Positions 21,224-32,607 are shown, counted from the stretch's first letter. The stretch: 64,000 bases of DNA from an uncultured beta proteobacterium (GCA_963746955.1 CAVVDR010000026.1:8852-72851); one strand, 5' to 3'. Made by a program: numbers and translations. Notes: generated from the sequence alone by a model not told the origin.

Positions 21224-21700
21224 GTGAGCAAAGTACCATTAACTGTCAATGGCGCGGAGAGACTTAAAGCCGAATTGCATAATCTGAAAACCATTCAGCG
21301 GCCAGCTATCATCATGGCTATTGCCGAGGCGCGCGCGCACGGCGACCTCTCGGAGAACGCCGAATATGACGCGGCCAAGGAGCGGCAGGGTTTCATCGAG
21401 GGGCGGATCAAGGATATTGAAGGCAAGCTTTCCCATGCCCAGGTGATCAACCCCGCTGAACTGGATGCGGATGGCCGCATCGTGTTTGGCTCCACGGTCG
21501 AACTGGAAGATCTGGATTCAGGCGACGCCGTTACCTATCAGATCGTTGGCGACGACGAGGCGGATATTAAGCAGGGCAAGATCTCCGTGTCCTCTCCGAT
21601 CGCCCGCGCCTTGATCGGCAAGCATGCCGGTGACACGGCGAACGTTCAGGCTCCGGCCGGAGTTCGACAATACGAAGTGCTGGATGTCCGGTACGAGTGA
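21224..21700 (+). CDS. greA: Transcription elongation factor GreA
   Basis: 158 aa with a GTG start. Gre coiled coil plus the C-terminal globular domain. Confidence 0.95.
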   Translation: MSKVPLTVNGAERLKAELHNLKTIQRPAIIMAIAEARAHGDLSENAEYDAAKERQGFIEGRIKDIEGKLSHAQVINPAELDADGRIVFGSTVELEDLDSGDAVTYQIVGDDEADIKQGKISVSSPIARALIGKHAGDTANVQAPAGVRQYEVLDVRYE

Positions 21701-22158
21701 TGAAACGCATCGCAGACGGCCTGGCTTCGCTTCTGCTCGTGTTCTGGGTGGGCGGTTTGTGGGCCATCGGCTACATTGCTGCGCCCAGCCTGTTTTCCAG
21801 TTTGGTTGACCGCCAGCTGGCGGGCAACCTCGCGGGCGTATTGTTCAATTGGATCGCGTGGGTGGGCATTGGCTCGGGTCTCTACCTGCTCTTTTACCGC
21901 TTGGGTCGAGATGGATTTGAGGCGCTGAAGCTGGGTTTCTTCTGGATCGTGCTGGTGATGTTGTTGCTTACGCTAGGCCAACATTTCGGTATCCAGCCCA
22001 TTATGCATGCCCTCAAGCAGCAGGCCATGCCCCAAGCCGTAATGCAAAGCGCCTTTCGTGACCGGTTTGCAGCCTGGCACGGCGTAGCCAGCATCGTCTA
22101 TCTGCTTGAAAGCCTGCTGGGCGGCTGGCTAGTCTGGCGCCAGGGCTTAGCGCGGTAG
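21697..22158 (+). CDS. Small integral membrane protein (DUF4149/TMEM205-like)
   Basis: 153 aa with four predicted TM helices. The family assignment is from memory only. GTGATGA overlap with greA. Confidence 0.55.
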   Translation: MMKRIADGLASLLLVFWVGGLWAIGYIAAPSLFSSLVDRQLAGNLAGVLFNWIAWVGIGSGLYLLFYRLGRDGFEALKLGFFWIVLVMLLLTLGQHFGIQPIMHALKQQAMPQAVMQSAFRDRFAAWHGVASIVYLLESLLGGWLVWRQGLAR

Positions 22159-22443
22159 CGTGATGCCAGGCTTTTCGGATGGCCGGTAGACGACCAGCAT
22201 CCTGCCGATCTGCTGCACGGGCGCGGCGGAGAGGATAGTGCAAATTTCCGTCAGCCAGACTTGTCGGGCGTTCCGCTCGCCGGATGCGGCCTTGATCTTG
22301 ATCAACTCGTGTCTGGACAGGGCGCGGTCGATTTCCTTCAACACCGCCTCGGTCAGACCTTTATCGCCGATCATGGCCACCGGTTGCGCGGCGTGGGCGA
22401 GGCCTTGCAGGTATTGGCGTTGGGGCGGGGTAAGTTCGATCAT
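22147..22443 (-). CDS. yhbY: RNA-binding CRM-domain protein YhbY
   Basis: 98 aa from ATG 22443. It aligns along its length with E. coli YhbY as I remember it (LQGLAH, HELIKIK, VVYRPS). Divergent from rlmE, as in E. coli. Confidence 0.85.
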   Translation of the reverse strand: MIELTPPQRQYLQGLAHAAQPVAMIGDKGLTEAVLKEIDRALSRHELIKIKAASGERNARQVWLTEICTILSAAPVQQIGRMLVVYRPSEKPGITLPR

Positions 22444-22493
22444 GGGCTGGGCCGGAGGAATATTAAGGCTAAATGAACCGGGCATTTTAGCCG

Positions 22494-23132
22494 ATGAAGC
22501 GGTCTAGGACGAGCAAACCCTGGTGGCTGGACCGCCATGTGCATGATCCCTATGTCAAGCGGGCACAGCAGGAAGGTTATCGCTCCCGAGCGGCCTATAA
22601 ACTGCTCGGGCTGCATGAGAAAGATCATCTGCTAAGGCCGGGGATGACGGTGGTGGATCTGGGCGCTGCGCCGGGCGGCTGGTGCCAGGTGGCTGCCAAG
22701 AAAGTGGGTGTAAGGGGCCGGGTGATTGGCATTGATCTGCTGGACATGGCTCCGGTCCAGGGGGTCGAGTTCATCCAAGGGGATTTTGCCGACGCCAGGG
22801 TGTGGGGCATGGTCGAATCATCCCTGCAGGGGCAAAGGATAGACCTTGTATTAAGCGATATGGCCCCCAATCTATCCGGAGTAATGGACGTGGATCAAGC
22901 GCGGCATTATGTCCTCGCGGAACTTGCGCTGGAATTTGTCACGAAGTGCCTGCAACCAGACGGTGCTTTTGTCGTCAAAGCCTTTCAGGGTTTGGGATTT
23001 GAAAATTATCTGCGCCAGGTGAAATCGCATTTTCGCGTGGTGACGGTCCGCAAGCCGGATGCATCGCGCAATGAAAGCCGCGAAAATTTTCTCGTGGCGC
23101 GCGGGCTAGCCAAGTCCCCAGTGCAGGCTTAG
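22494..23132 (+). CDS. rlmE: 23S rRNA (uridine2552-2'-O)-methyltransferase
   Basis: 212 aa with SAM motif DLGAAPGGW. Conserved rlmE-ftsH-folP-glmM order. Confidence 0.95.
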   Translation: MKRSRTSKPWWLDRHVHDPYVKRAQQEGYRSRAAYKLLGLHEKDHLLRPGMTVVDLGAAPGGWCQVAAKKVGVRGRVIGIDLLDMAPVQGVEFIQGDFADARVWGMVESSLQGQRIDLVLSDMAPNLSGVMDVDQARHYVLAELALEFVTKCLQPDGAFVVKAFQGLGFENYLRQVKSHFRVVTVRKPDASRNESRENFLVARGLAKSPVQA

Positions 23133-23177
23133 AATGATTCTAAGGTGGGCTTCGAGCCCAATGAAACAGGAGTAAGT

Positions 23178-25070
23178 GTGAACAATCTCGCAAAGAACAT
23201 CGCCATCTGGGTCATCATCGCCGTGGTGCTGATGACGGTGTTCAATCAGTTGGGCGTGCACCAGGCCAGCCAGACCCAAGTGCCTTATTCCCAATTCATG
23301 GAAGAAGTGAAGAGTGGGGAAATTGCCAAGGTCACCATTGAAGGCAACGTGATCAAGGGCTTGCGCACCGACAACCGGCCGTTTACGAGCTATACGCCGA
23401 ATGACCCGTGGCTGGTGTCCGATCTGCTCAAGAACAACGTTTCGATAGAGGCCAAGCCGGAAGAGCAGCCTTCCATGCTGATGAGTATTTTCGTCTCGTG
23501 GTTCCCCATGCTGCTGCTGATCGGGGTATGGGTATTCTTCATGCGCCAGATGCAGGGCGGCGGCCGCGGAGGAGCGTTCTCGTTTGGCAAGAGCCGGGCT
23601 CGGATGCTGGACGATACCAACAACCAGGTCACCTTTGCAGATGTCGCGGGTTGTGATGAAGCCAAGGAAGAAGTCTCCGAACTGGTGGACTTCCTCAAGG
23701 ATCCCTCCAAGTTCCAGAAACTTGGCGGCCGCATTCCACGTGGCGTCTTAATGGTGGGCAACCCGGGTACCGGCAAGACCTTGCTGGCGAGGGCGATAGC
23801 GGGGGAAGCCAAGGTCCCTTTCTTTTCCATCTCCGGTTCCGATTTCGTCGAAATGTTCGTTGGTGTCGGTGCGGCCAGGGTACGGGACATGTTCGAGCAG
23901 GCCAAGAAGCACGCACCCTGCATTATATTCATCGATGAAATCGATGCCGTGGGCCGCCAGCGTGGCGCAGGCCTGGGCGGCGGCAATGACGAGCGTGAAC
24001 AGACTTTGAACCAGCTGCTGGTCGAAATGGACGGCTTTGAAGGCACGGTCGGCGTGATTGTGATTGCCGCCACCAACCGCCCTGACGTTCTGGATCCGGC
24101 TCTGATGCGGCCCGGCCGCTTCGACCGCCAGGTGGTGGTGCCGCTGCCCGACATACGCGGTCGCGAGCAGATCCTCATGGTGCATATGCGCAAGGTGCCG
24201 ATTGCCCCGGATGTGAAAGCCGACATAATCGCACGCGGAACTCCCGGGTTCTCCGGTGCCGATCTGGCCAATCTGGTAAACGAGGCGGCGCTGTTTGCAG
24301 CGCGCGGTAACAAACGTCTGGTGGACATGGAAGACTTCGAGCGCGCCAAGGACAAGATCATCATGGGCGCCGAACGGAGATCCATGGTCATGCCGGAAGA
24401 AGAGCGCCGCAACACAGCCTACCATGAGTCAGGTCACGCGATCGTGGCGCGCAACCTGGACAAGACCGATCCGGTGCACAAGGTGACCATCATTCCGCGC
24501 GGCCGGGCACTGGGTGTGACCATGCAATTGCCCACTGAAGACCGCTACAGCATGGATAGTGAACAACTGATGCAAAACATCGCGGTTTTGTTCGGCGGCA
24601 GGGTGGCGGAGGAATTGTTCATGAGCCACATGACCACGGGCGCTTCCAACGACTTCCAGCGCGCGACGGATCTGGCGCGCCGCATGGTGACCGAATGGGG
24701 CATGTCGGAAGCGCTGGGCCCCATGGTCTATGGGGAAAACGAGGCCGAGGTTTTTCTCGGGCGGTCCATTACCACCCACAAGAATGTCAGCGAAGCCACC
24801 ATGCAAAAGGTCGACGCGGAAATCCGCCGTATCATCGACCAGCAATATGCGTTGGCCAGAAAGATACTGGAGGAGAACCGCGACAAGGTCGAAATGATGA
24901 GCAAGGCGCTGCTGGAATGGGAAACCATTGATGCCGATCAAATAAGCGACATCATGGCAGGGTTGCCGCCACGCTCGCCCAAGCCAGCTTCTGCACCGCC
25001 TGTGTCCTCTGGCGGAGGCGACAAACCTTCCGCGCCAGCGCCTACCACCCCGTCGGCTCAAGAAGCGTGA
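23178..25070 (+). CDS. ftsH: ATP-dependent zinc metalloprotease FtsH
   Basis: Walker A GNPGTGKT, an AAA SRH region and Zn motif HESGHA. GTG 23178 lies 5 nt after AGGAG. The track ATG 23145 is the alternative start. Confidence 0.95.
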   Translation: MNNLAKNIAIWVIIAVVLMTVFNQLGVHQASQTQVPYSQFMEEVKSGEIAKVTIEGNVIKGLRTDNRPFTSYTPNDPWLVSDLLKNNVSIEAKPEEQPSMLMSIFVSWFPMLLLIGVWVFFMRQMQGGGRGGAFSFGKSRARMLDDTNNQVTFADVAGCDEAKEEVSELVDFLKDPSKFQKLGGRIPRGVLMVGNPGTGKTLLARAIAGEAKVPFFSISGSDFVEMFVGVGAARVRDMFEQAKKHAPCIIFIDEIDAVGRQRGAGLGGGNDEREQTLNQLLVEMDGFEGTVGVIVIAATNRPDVLDPALMRPGRFDRQVVVPLPDIRGREQILMVHMRKVPIAPDVKADIIARGTPGFSGADLANLVNEAALFAARGNKRLVDMEDFERAKDKIIMGAERRSMVMPEEERRNTAYHESGHAIVARNLDKTDPVHKVTIIPRGRALGVTMQLPTEDRYSMDSEQLMQNIAVLFGGRVAEELFMSHMTTGASNDFQRATDLARRMVTEWGMSEALGPMVYGENEAEVFLGRSITTHKNVSEATMQKVDAEIRRIIDQQYALARKILEENRDKVEMMSKALLEWETIDADQISDIMAGLPPRSPKPASAPPVSSGGGDKPSAPAPTTPSAQEA

Positions 25071-25074
25071 ACAA

Positions 25075-25101
25075 GGGGCCCTACGGGGCCCCTAATCTTT
25101 T
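25075..25101 (+). terminator. Rho-independent terminator/attenuator after ftsH
   Basis: GGGGCCC-TACG-GGGCCCC forms a perfect 7-bp GC stem, followed by TAATCTTTT. Confidence 0.65.
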
Positions 25102-25115
25102 GCCGTTTCAATCAC

Positions 25116-25946
25116 ATGAACATACTTCGGGCCGGCAGGTATCAGTTGGACTTGTCGCGTCCCCTGATCATGGGGGTCGTGAACGTCACACCGGATTCAT
25201 TTTCGGATGGGGGTCGCCTGGCGACTTCCCACGCTGCCGTTGCCCACGCCCTCAACTTGCGTGAGCAGGGTGCCGATATTGTGGATATTGGCGGTGAGTC
25301 CACCCGCCCCGGAGCGGCCATGGTCGAAGCGGAAAAGGAGTGGCGCCGGATCTCCCCCGTGCTGGAAGCCTTGGTGGCAGCCGATGTGCCGGTTTCGGTC
25401 GATACCCGCAAACCTGAGGTGATGCGGGCGGCAATCGAGGCCGGGGCAGCCATGATCAACGACGTGCAAGCCTTGCGCGCGCCGGGAGCACTGGAAACCG
25501 TGGCGGGGGGCAATGTCGCAGTCTGCCTGATGCATATGCAAGGTCAGCCCCAGACCATGCAAGAGCAGCCGGTTTATGACGATGTGGTTGCGGAAGTGAG
25601 ATCCATTCTTGCCATTCGCGTTGAAGCCTGCGAGAAGGCCGGAATCAAGCGGGACCGTATTGTGGTGGATCCGGGTTTTGGCTTTGGGAAGACCCTGGAC
25701 CATAATTTGTCGTTATTGCGTCATCTGGACAGCGTGGTGCAACTGGGACTTCCTGTTCTGGTCGGGATCTCGCGCAAGAACATGCTAGGCGCATTGACTG
25801 GCCGTCCGGTCGGCCAGCGGGAGTATGCCGGGGTTGCAGCAAATCTTCTGGCGCTTGCCAGGGGTGCGAGCATCGTGCGTGTGCATGATGTTGCTGCCAT
25901 GCGGGACGCCCTGTCCATCTGGAATGCAGTAGAAGGAGAACGCTGA
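25116..25946 (+). CDS. folP: Dihydropteroate synthase
   Basis: 276 aa with pterin-binding motifs [10 protein letters not shown] and VHD. Confidence 0.95.
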   Translation: MNILRAGRYQLDLSRPLIMGVVNVTPDSFSDGGRLATSHAAVAHALNLREQGADIVDIGGESTRPGAAMVEAEKEWRRISPVLEALVAADVPVSVDTRKPEVMRAAIEAGAAMINDVQALRAPGALETVAGGNVAVCLMHMQGQPQTMQEQPVYDDVVAEVRSILAIRVEACEKAGIKRDRIVVDPGFGFGKTLDHNLSLLRHLDSVVQLGLPVLVGISRKNMLGALTGRPVGQREYAGVAANLLALARGASIVRVHDVAAMRDALSIWNAVEGER

Positions 25947-25948
25947 AC

Positions 25949-27306
25949 GTGGCACGCAAGTTCTTTGGTACCGACGGAATTCGTGGCTTGGTCGGCAAGG
26001 CGCCAATCACGCCCGAGTTCGTAATGCATCTGGGTTACGCGGCCGGCAAAGTGCTGGCCAGTGATCGTAACGGCCTGGCGGCGGAAGTAAATCCGACTGT
26101 GCTGATCGGCAAGGACACCCGCATTTCCGGCTACCTGCTGGAAACAGCCCTGCAGGCGGGCTTGATGGCGGCGGGGGTAAACGTGCAACTTACCGGCCCG
26201 CTGCCAACGCCGGCGGTGGCCTACCTGACCCGGGCCTTGCGTCTGCAGGCGGGAGTGGTGATTTCCGCTTCGCACAATCCGTTTGAGGATAATGGCATCA
26301 AGTTCTTTTCCGCCAACGGCCAGAAGCTGCCGGATGAAACGGAACTGGCGATCGAGGCGCTGCTGCAGCACCCTCTGGATACCGTGCCGGCACGCCAACT
26401 GGGACGAGCCCGGCGGATCGAGGATGCTGCCGCGCGCTATATAGAATTCTGCAAGAGCACTTTTCCCTTCGACAGGGATCTGCGCGGTCTGAAACTAGTC
26501 GTGGATTGCGCGCACGGCGCCACCTATCACGTTGCGCCGCATGTGCTGCACGAACTGGGGGCGGAGGTCATTGCCATCGGCGCGGCACCCAATGGATACA
26601 ACATCAACCAGGAATGCGGTGCAACCTACACGGGCACGCTAACCGCTGCGGTGATGGAGTTCCAGGCCGATTTCGGTATTTCCCTCGACGGTGACGGCGA
26701 CCGCCTGATGATGGCGGATCGTGATGGGCGTATTTTCGATGGAGACCAACTGATTTATGCCATCGCCCGCCACCGTGTCCAAACCAGCTACATGAAAGGC
26801 GGCGTGGCAGGCACCCTGATGACCAACCTGGGTATGCAGCATGCACTGGAACGAATGAAGATTCCCTTCGCGCGCGCGAAAGTGGGTGACCGGTATGTAC
26901 TTGAGTTGCTGCAACAGAAGGGCTGGCAATTGGGGGGGAGACCTCGGGCCACATTCTGTGCCTGGACAAACACACGACCGGGGACGGCATCATTTCCGCC
27001 CTGCAGGTCCTTCACGCGCTGCGTGACAATGAGGTCAGTCTGGCGGAATACACGCGAGACCTGGTGCTCTATCCCCAGGTGCTGATCAATGTACCCGTAG
27101 CCAGGCGCATCGACCTGAATGCCACTCCGCCGGTGCAGGAAGCAGAGAAGCAGGCGCGGGCAGATATGGGGGACGGCGGCCGCGTGGTATTGCGCCCGTC
27201 CGGGACCGAGCCCTTGATCCGGGTAATGGTGGAGAGCGCCTCAGAATCAAAAGCCCGCAAATGGGCCGAACATATTGCCGAGTCGGTGAAGCTGGCAGCC
27301 GCTTAG
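25949..27306 (+). pseudogene. glmM: Phosphoglucosamine mutase, reading frame broken by a 1-nt deficit in a G7 run (26932-26938); most likely a homopolymer sequencing error in an otherwise intact gene
   Basis: The N-terminal 330 codons are in the frame of 25949 (catalytic [11 protein letters not shown]). After GWQLGG the frame gives nonsense. The rest of GlmM ([18 protein letters not shown]...RPSGTEPLIRVMVE) continues in the frame one nt earlier and ends at 27306 (track ORF 27064..27306). Confidence 0.9.
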
Positions 27307-27360
27307 ATGACTCGGTCAACAATGAAGAGCCGGTGAACGTCCTGCGATTTCCCTTCGATA

Positions 27361-28125
27361 CTATCCGAACTTGCCGGTGATGTAGTCTTCCGTCGCCTTC
27401 TGCCTGGGGTTGGTGAAGATGATGTCGGTCTTGCCCACTTCGATCATCTCGCCCAGATACATGTACGCGGTGTAATCCGAAACCCGAGCCGCCTGCTGCA
27501 TGTTGTGAGTGACGATGACAATGGTGTAGTCAGACTTGAGTTCGTAGACCAGTTCTTCGATCTTTGCGGTGGAGATCGGGTCAAGGGCAGAAGTGGGTTC
27601 GTCAAGCAGTACGACATCGGGTTTGACTGCCACGCTGCGGGCGATACAAAGTCGCTGCTGCTGGCCGCCGGAAAGAGACAGCCCGCTCTGCCCGAGTATG
27701 TTTTTCACTTCTTCCCATAGCGCGGCCTTCTTCAGGGCCCATTCCACCCGGTCGTCCATTTCCGAACGGGACAGGCGATTGTAAAGTCTCACGCCGAACG
27801 CAATGTTGTCGTATATCGACATGGGGAAGGGGGTGGGCTTCTGGAATACCATGCCGATCCGTGCCCGCAACAGATTCACGTCCATCCCCTTGTCGAGAAT
27901 GTCCTTTCCATCCAGCATCAACTCCCCCGTGGCGGTCTGACCGGGATAGAGGTCATACATCCGGTTGAAGGTGCGCAACAGGGTGGATTTGCCACAGCCC
28001 GACGGCCCAATAAAGGCCGTTACCTGTTTTTCCGGAATGTCCAGGTTGACATCCTTTAACGCGCGGAGTTTGCCGTAAAAGAAATTGAAATTACGCGCGG
28101 TAATTTTTGCTGGTTTGAGAGTCAT
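27361..28125 (-). CDS. pstB: Phosphate ABC transporter ATP-binding protein
   Basis: Walker [10 protein letters not shown], signature LSGGQQQR and Walker B LLDEPTS. Trimmed to ATG 28125. Confidence 0.95.
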   Translation of the reverse strand: MTLKPAKITARNFNFFYGKLRALKDVNLDIPEKQVTAFIGPSGCGKSTLLRTFNRMYDLYPGQTATGELMLDGKDILDKGMDVNLLRARIGMVFQKPTPFPMSIYDNIAFGVRLYNRLSRSEMDDRVEWALKKAALWEEVKNILGQSGLSLSGGQQQRLCIARSVAVKPDVVLLDEPTSALDPISTAKIEELVYELKSDYTIVIVTHNMQQAARVSDYTAYMYLGEMIEVGKTDIIFTNPRQKATEDYITGKFG

Positions 28126-28141
28126 GGCAAGTTCGAATCGA

Positions 28142-28984
28142 TTACTGCATGGTCTTCTGGCGGAACAATACCCGGGCAAGTATATTCAAACCGAGGACTG
28201 TTAAGGTAATGAGCAGGGCGCCGGCCCAGGCCAGTTTCTGCCAGTCCTCATAGGGGCTCATGGCAAACTGGAAGATGACCACCGGCAGATTGGCCATGGG
28301 GGCGTTCATGTTGGCGCTGAAGAACTGGTTGTTCAACGCAGTGAATAGCAAGGGCGCTGTTTCGCCACTGATCCGGGCCACCGCCAGCAGAATGCCGGTA
28401 ATGACTCCGGCGCGGGAGGCGCGCAGGGTCACCTGCAAGACGATCTTCCACTGCGGCGCACCCAGCGCGGCAGCCGCTTCGCGCAGGCTGTTGGGCACCA
28501 AGATCAGCATGTTTTCCGTGGTGCGAATTACGACGGGGATCACGATCAGGGACAGGGCGAGCGCACCCGCCCAGCCTGCGAAGTGGCCGACCTGAGCGAC
28601 GTACAACGCATAAATGAACAAGCCGATCACGATGGAGGGTGCGGAGAGCAGGATGTCGTTAATGAAGCGAGTGGTCGGAGCCAGCCAGCCGCGCTGGCCA
28701 TACTCGGCGAGATAGATGCCCGCCATGATCCCGACCGGAGTGCCGATCAGGGTGCCCAGCGTGGTCATCATCAGGCTGCCCAGGATGGGGTTGAGCAGGC
28801 CACCGCTGGAGCCGGGTGGCGGCGTCATCTGGGTAAACACCGCAAGGCTTATACCGCCGATGCCTGCCTTGAATAGCGTGATCAAGATCCAGGCGAGCCA
28901 AAACAGGCCGAAGCCCATAGCTGACAGAGACATGGTCAGGTTGAAGCCATTGATCAAGCGACGCTTGGCATACAGAAGGTTCAC
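28142..28984 (-). CDS. pstA: Phosphate ABC transporter permease PstA
   Basis: 280 aa with six TM helices and EAA-type loop [13 protein letters not shown]. Confidence 0.9.
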   Translation of the reverse strand: MNLLYAKRRLINGFNLTMSLSAMGFGLFWLAWILITLFKAGIGGISLAVFTQMTPPPGSSGGLLNPILGSLMMTTLGTLIGTPVGIMAGIYLAEYGQRGWLAPTTRFINDILLSAPSIVIGLFIYALYVAQVGHFAGWAGALALSLIVIPVVIRTTENMLILVPNSLREAAAALGAPQWKIVLQVTLRASRAGVITGILLAVARISGETAPLLFTALNNQFFSANMNAPMANLPVVIFQFAMSPYEDWQKLAWAGALLITLTVLGLNILARVLFRQKTMQ

Positions 28985-29985
28985 GTGCTCTTGCCCTCCT
29001 TCTTGGCCAATTGCAGTAGCAACAGCTTGGAAAGGGACAATACAACAAAGGTAATGAAGAACAGGATCAGTCCCAGTTCGATCAAGGAGGACGTATACAA
29101 GGCGCCGACCGCCTCGGTGAACTCGTTGGCCAGTGCGGAGGCGATGGTATTGCCGGGCATCAGCAAGGATTTATTCAGCTCATGGGCATTGCCGATCACA
29201 AAGGTGACCGCCATGGTTTCCCCCAGGGCCCGTCCCAGGCCCAGCATGATGCCGCCGATCACACCCACCCGCGTGTAGGGCAGGACAATGTGGCTGACCA
29301 CCTCCCAGGTCGTGGCGCCGACGCCGTAAGCAGACTCCTTCAGCATGGGCGGGACAATATCAAACACGTCACGCATCACGGACGCGATGAACGGGATCAC
29401 CATGATCGCAAGAATGAGGCTGGCGGTCAGCATGCCGATGCCCAGGGGCGGACCCTGAAGAAAAGGTCCCAAGCCCGGCACTGTGCCCAAATGGTCGTTG
29501 ATCCAGGGCTCGGCGTGGTCGGCAAACCAGGGTGCAAAAATGAACAGCCCCCACATGCCATAAATGATGCTAGGGATGCCAGCCAGCAGTTCCACTGCCA
29601 CACCCAGCGGGCGTTTGAGCCAGCGCGGCGACAGTTCAGTCAGGTAGAGCGCGATGCCAAAACTAACCGGTATGCCGATCAGCAGCGCGACGAATGAGGT
29701 GACCAGGGTGCCGACTATGGGGACCAGTGCGCCAAACTCCTCAGTCACTGGGTTCCACACGTCAGTGTAGAGAAATTTCAGGCCGAAGTGCTTGATGCTG
29801 GGCAGACTGCCGATGAACAAGGTGACGAGGATGGCGCCAAGCAGGATCAGCACCAGCAAGGCGAACCCGCGGGTAGTATTGCGGAACAATACATCATAGA
29901 ACTGCTGCCTGTTGGGATTGACAGACGCGATCTTGTTGTCCATGACGGCGTAACTTTCAGCAGGAAGGCTGGTGGAAAGTTCCAT
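28981..29985 (-). CDS. pstC: Phosphate ABC transporter permease PstC
   Basis: Permease with loop [12 protein letters not shown]. The start is uncertain (ATG 29985 or 29943). The track TTG at 30042 lies inside the pstS-distal hairpin and is rejected. Confidence 0.88.
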   Translation of the reverse strand: MELSTSLPAESYAVMDNKIASVNPNRQQFYDVLFRNTTRGFALLVLILLGAILVTLFIGSLPSIKHFGLKFLYTDVWNPVTEEFGALVPIVGTLVTSFVALLIGIPVSFGIALYLTELSPRWLKRPLGVAVELLAGIPSIIYGMWGLFIFAPWFADHAEPWINDHLGTVPGLGPFLQGPPLGIGMLTASLILAIMVIPFIASVMRDVFDIVPPMLKESAYGVGATTWEVVSHIVLPYTRVGVIGGIMLGLGRALGETMAVTFVIGNAHELNKSLLMPGNTIASALANEFTEAVGALYTSSLIELGLILFFITFVVLSLSKLLLLQLAKKEGKST

Positions 29986-30009
29986 GGAGATGAGAGCGCT
30001 TTTCAGCAG

Positions 30010-30037
30010 CCTTCCGGCCGCAAATGCGGCCGGAAGG
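30010..30037 (-). promoter_or_regulatory. Perfect 12-bp stem-loop between pstS and pstC (intercistronic attenuator/mRNA stabiliser)
   Basis: CCTTCCGGCCGC-(4 nt)-GCGGCCGGAAGG, starting 24 nt after the pstS stop. There is no U-tract. Confidence 0.6.
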
Positions 30038-30060
30038 GTCAATTATACAAAGCTTAAGGC

Positions 30061-31104
30061 TTAGTTCCAGATTCGCTTGGCGGAAGAGTCCATAATGTTA
30101 TGGGTCCAGCTGGACTTGATCAACTTTACCACCGCGTCAGGCATCGGAATGTAATCGAGATCCGCGGCCATTTTGTCGCCACGCTCATAAGCCCACTTGA
30201 AGAAATTCAGTACGTCCTTTGCGCGGGCAGGATCCTGCTGGAACTTATGCATCAGAATAAAGGTGGCACCGCTGATGGGCCAACTGTCCTTGCCCGGCTC
30301 ATCGGTGAGGATTTCATAAAATCCCTTGTTCATGTCCCACTTGGCATTGGCCGCAGCGGCTTTGAAACTTGATTCGGTCGGAGAAACGAAGTTGCCTTCG
30401 CGGTTCTCCAGCATGGCATGGGTCATCTTGTTCTGCAGAGCGTAAGCAAATTCGACGTAGCCAATTGAGCCTTTAATGCGCTGGACATATTGGGCCACGC
30501 CTTCGTTACCTTTGCCGCCCACGCCGGTAGGCCACTGCACGGAGGTGTTTTCACCCACTTTGCTCTTCCACTCAGGGCTGACCTTGGACAGGTAATTCGT
30601 GAAAATGAAAGTGGTACCGGATCCATCAGAGCGATGAACTACAGAAATGGCGCTATCAGGGAGGGATACGCGGGGGTTCAAGGCCACGATGGCGGGGTCA
30701 TTCCACTTCTTGATCTTGTCCAGGAAAATGTCGGCCAAGACTTTCGGATTCAGCTTAATCTGGCCGGCCGCGATGCCGGGCAGATTGTAGACGGGCACCA
30801 CGCCGCCCATTACGGTGGGGAACTGGGTCATGCCAGCCTCCCTCAGGTCATCGGGTTTGAGGGGCATATCCGAGGCGCCGAAATCGACTGTGCGAGCCTT
30901 GATCTGCTTGATCCCGCCGCCGGAACCGATGGACTGATAGTTCAGCCCGATGCCGGTTTGCTTCTTGTACGCATCCGCCCATTTGGCGTAGATGGGATAA
31001 GGGAAAGTGGCACCAGCGCCGGTAATGTCGGCAGCCTGGGCGAAAGGAGGGGCAGCGAAAACCAGACTGGCGGCTGCACCAAATATCACGTGCTTGAAAT
31101 TCAT
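30061..31104 (-). CDS. pstS: Periplasmic phosphate-binding protein PstS
   Basis: 347 aa with signal peptide ...FAQA and the TGAGATFPYPIY motif. Confidence 0.95.
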   Translation of the reverse strand: MNFKHVIFGAAASLVFAAPPFAQAADITGAGATFPYPIYAKWADAYKKQTGIGLNYQSIGSGGGIKQIKARTVDFGASDMPLKPDDLREAGMTQFPTVMGGVVPVYNLPGIAAGQIKLNPKVLADIFLDKIKKWNDPAIVALNPRVSLPDSAISVVHRSDGSGTTFIFTNYLSKVSPEWKSKVGENTSVQWPTGVGGKGNEGVAQYVQRIKGSIGYVEFAYALQNKMTHAMLENREGNFVSPTESSFKAAAANAKWDMNKGFYEILTDEPGKDSWPISGATFILMHKFQQDPARAKDVLNFFKWAYERGDKMAADLDYIPMPDAVVKLIKSSWTHNIMDSSAKRIWN

Positions 31105-31152
31105 GGGAATTCTCCTTTAGGTTGTCTTTGCAGATAGGTCATGCTACCGGGC

Positions 31153-31174
31153 AAATATGACGTGTATGTGACAA
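31153..31174 (-). promoter_or_regulatory. Pho box upstream of pstS (TTGTCACATAC ACGTCATATTT)
   Basis: Two 11-nt direct half-sites resemble CTGTCAT + A/T-rich 4-mer. They lie 49-70 nt upstream of the pstS ATG, with TAGCAT as a possible -10. Confidence 0.5.
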
Positions 31175-31258
31175 ACGCTTTACGGCGCTGCCGGCTGTCG
31201 GTTGACCGGCGCCCGCCAGGGCCTTAGAATTCAACGCTTTTGTGTTCGGGGGCACGTC

Positions 31259-32011
31259 ATGAGGCGAAATCTGGTTGCCGGCAACTGGAAAATGTACGGC
31301 AGCCTCGCGGATAACGCTGCCTTGTTGACCGGCATCAAGGCGGGCCTTGATGGTCTAACTGGGGCAGATTTCGCCGTCTGTGCGCCGTACCCCTATCTGG
31401 CCCAGCTTCAGGCTGCGCTGTCAGGCAGCAATATTGCATGGGGTGCGCAGTCCATGTCGGAGCATATCAAGGGCGCGTACACGGGCGAGGTCGCCGCCAG
31501 CATGCTGCTGGACTTTGGCTGCGCCTACGTCATTCTCGGACACTCCGAGCGGCGTGCGCTGTACGGGGAAACCGACGAAATGGTGGCCAAGAAATTCCTT
31601 GCCGCTCAGGCCGCTGGGCTGACGCCCATCCTGTGTGTGGGTGAAACCCTTGCCGAACGCGAAGGCAACGTGACCGAACAGGTAGTGGCCCGGCAATTGG
31701 ATGCAGTAACGAGCGCAGCGGGCGTGGCCGCGCTGGCAAAGGCGGTGGTTGCCTATGAGCCGGTATGGGCGATCGGCACCGGCCGGACCGCCACTCCGCA
31801 ACAGGCGCAGGCGGTTCATGCGTTTATTCGGGGCAAGATTGCCAGCCTGGACAAAAATGTGGCTAAAGAATTGGTAATCCAGTATGGCGGTAGCGTTAAG
31901 GCTGCCAATGCGGCAGAATTATTTGCGCAGTCGGATATCGATGGTGGGTTGATTGGTGGTGCCTCGCTGGTGGTGGATGAGTTCGTAGCCATTTGCAAGG
32001 CGGCAATTTAG
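31259..32011 (+). CDS. tpiA: Triosephosphate isomerase
   Basis: 250 aa from ATG 31259. Motifs AGNWKM, AYEPVWAIGTG and GGASL. Confidence 0.95.
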   Translation: MRRNLVAGNWKMYGSLADNAALLTGIKAGLDGLTGADFAVCAPYPYLAQLQAALSGSNIAWGAQSMSEHIKGAYTGEVAASMLLDFGCAYVILGHSERRALYGETDEMVAKKFLAAQAAGLTPILCVGETLAEREGNVTEQVVARQLDAVTSAAGVAALAKAVVAYEPVWAIGTGRTATPQQAQAVHAFIRGKIASLDKNVAKELVIQYGGSVKAANAAELFAQSDIDGGLIGGASLVVDEFVAICKAAI

Positions 32012-32031
32012 GGCCTCAGGCCGGGTGAGTC

Positions 32032-32403
32032 ATGGAAACACTTGTTTGGATCATTCATTTGCTGGTGGCAGCGACACTGATAGGTTTGGTGCTGCTGCAA
32101 CACGGCAAGGGTGCCGATATGGGAGCGGCATTTGGCAGCGGCGCTTCCGGTAGCCTGTTTGGCGCAAGCGGATCGGCCAACTTTCTGTCCCGGGCCACCG
32201 CGGTCTTGGCAACGGTTTTTTTCGTTACCAGCATGGGACTGACCTATTTTTCTCTGCAAAACACCAAGCCCACTGACTTGATGCAGAAGCACGCCGTGCT
32301 GCCCGCCCAGAAAGTACCCACTTCAGTACCGGTGCCAGTTCAGGAACCGACGGGCAACAGTGCTCCCATTCCGGGCTCCAAGGCGGGAGAAATTCCCAAG
32401 TAA
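32032..32403 (+). CDS. secG: Preprotein translocase subunit SecG
   Basis: 123 aa with two TM helices and a Gly-rich loop (GADMGAAFGSGASGSLFG). Conserved tpiA-secG-tRNA-Leu order. Confidence 0.9.
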   Translation: METLVWIIHLLVAATLIGLVLLQHGKGADMGAAFGSGASGSLFGASGSANFLSRATAVLATVFFVTSMGLTYFSLQNTKPTDLMQKHAVLPAQKVPTSVPVPVQEPTGNSAPIPGSKAGEIPK

Positions 32404-32442
32404 TTCAGGCGTTCAACTCGGTGCTTATGGCACCCATCTCTT

Positions 32443-32527
32443 GCCCACGTGGTGGAATTGGTAGACACGCTATCTTGAGGGGGTAGTGGCGAAAGCTGTG
32501 CGAGTTCGAGTCTCGCCGTGGGCACCA
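32443..32527 (+). tRNA. tRNA-Leu (anticodon GAG), type II with long variable arm, encoded CCA
   Basis: Hand-folded cloverleaf: acceptor GCCCACG/CGTGGGC, D arm GTG-GAATTGGTAGA-CAC, anticodon stem CTATC/GGTAG with loop TTGAGGG, T arm GCGAG-TTCGAGT-CTCGC, then ACCA. Confidence 0.9.
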
Positions 32528-32607
32528 TTCAAAATAGTAATAAGATCATTAGCCGGAACGGTCATGTAAGCTATTGAATTCGAAATAAAATCCAGCTTGA
32601 GTTTAGC

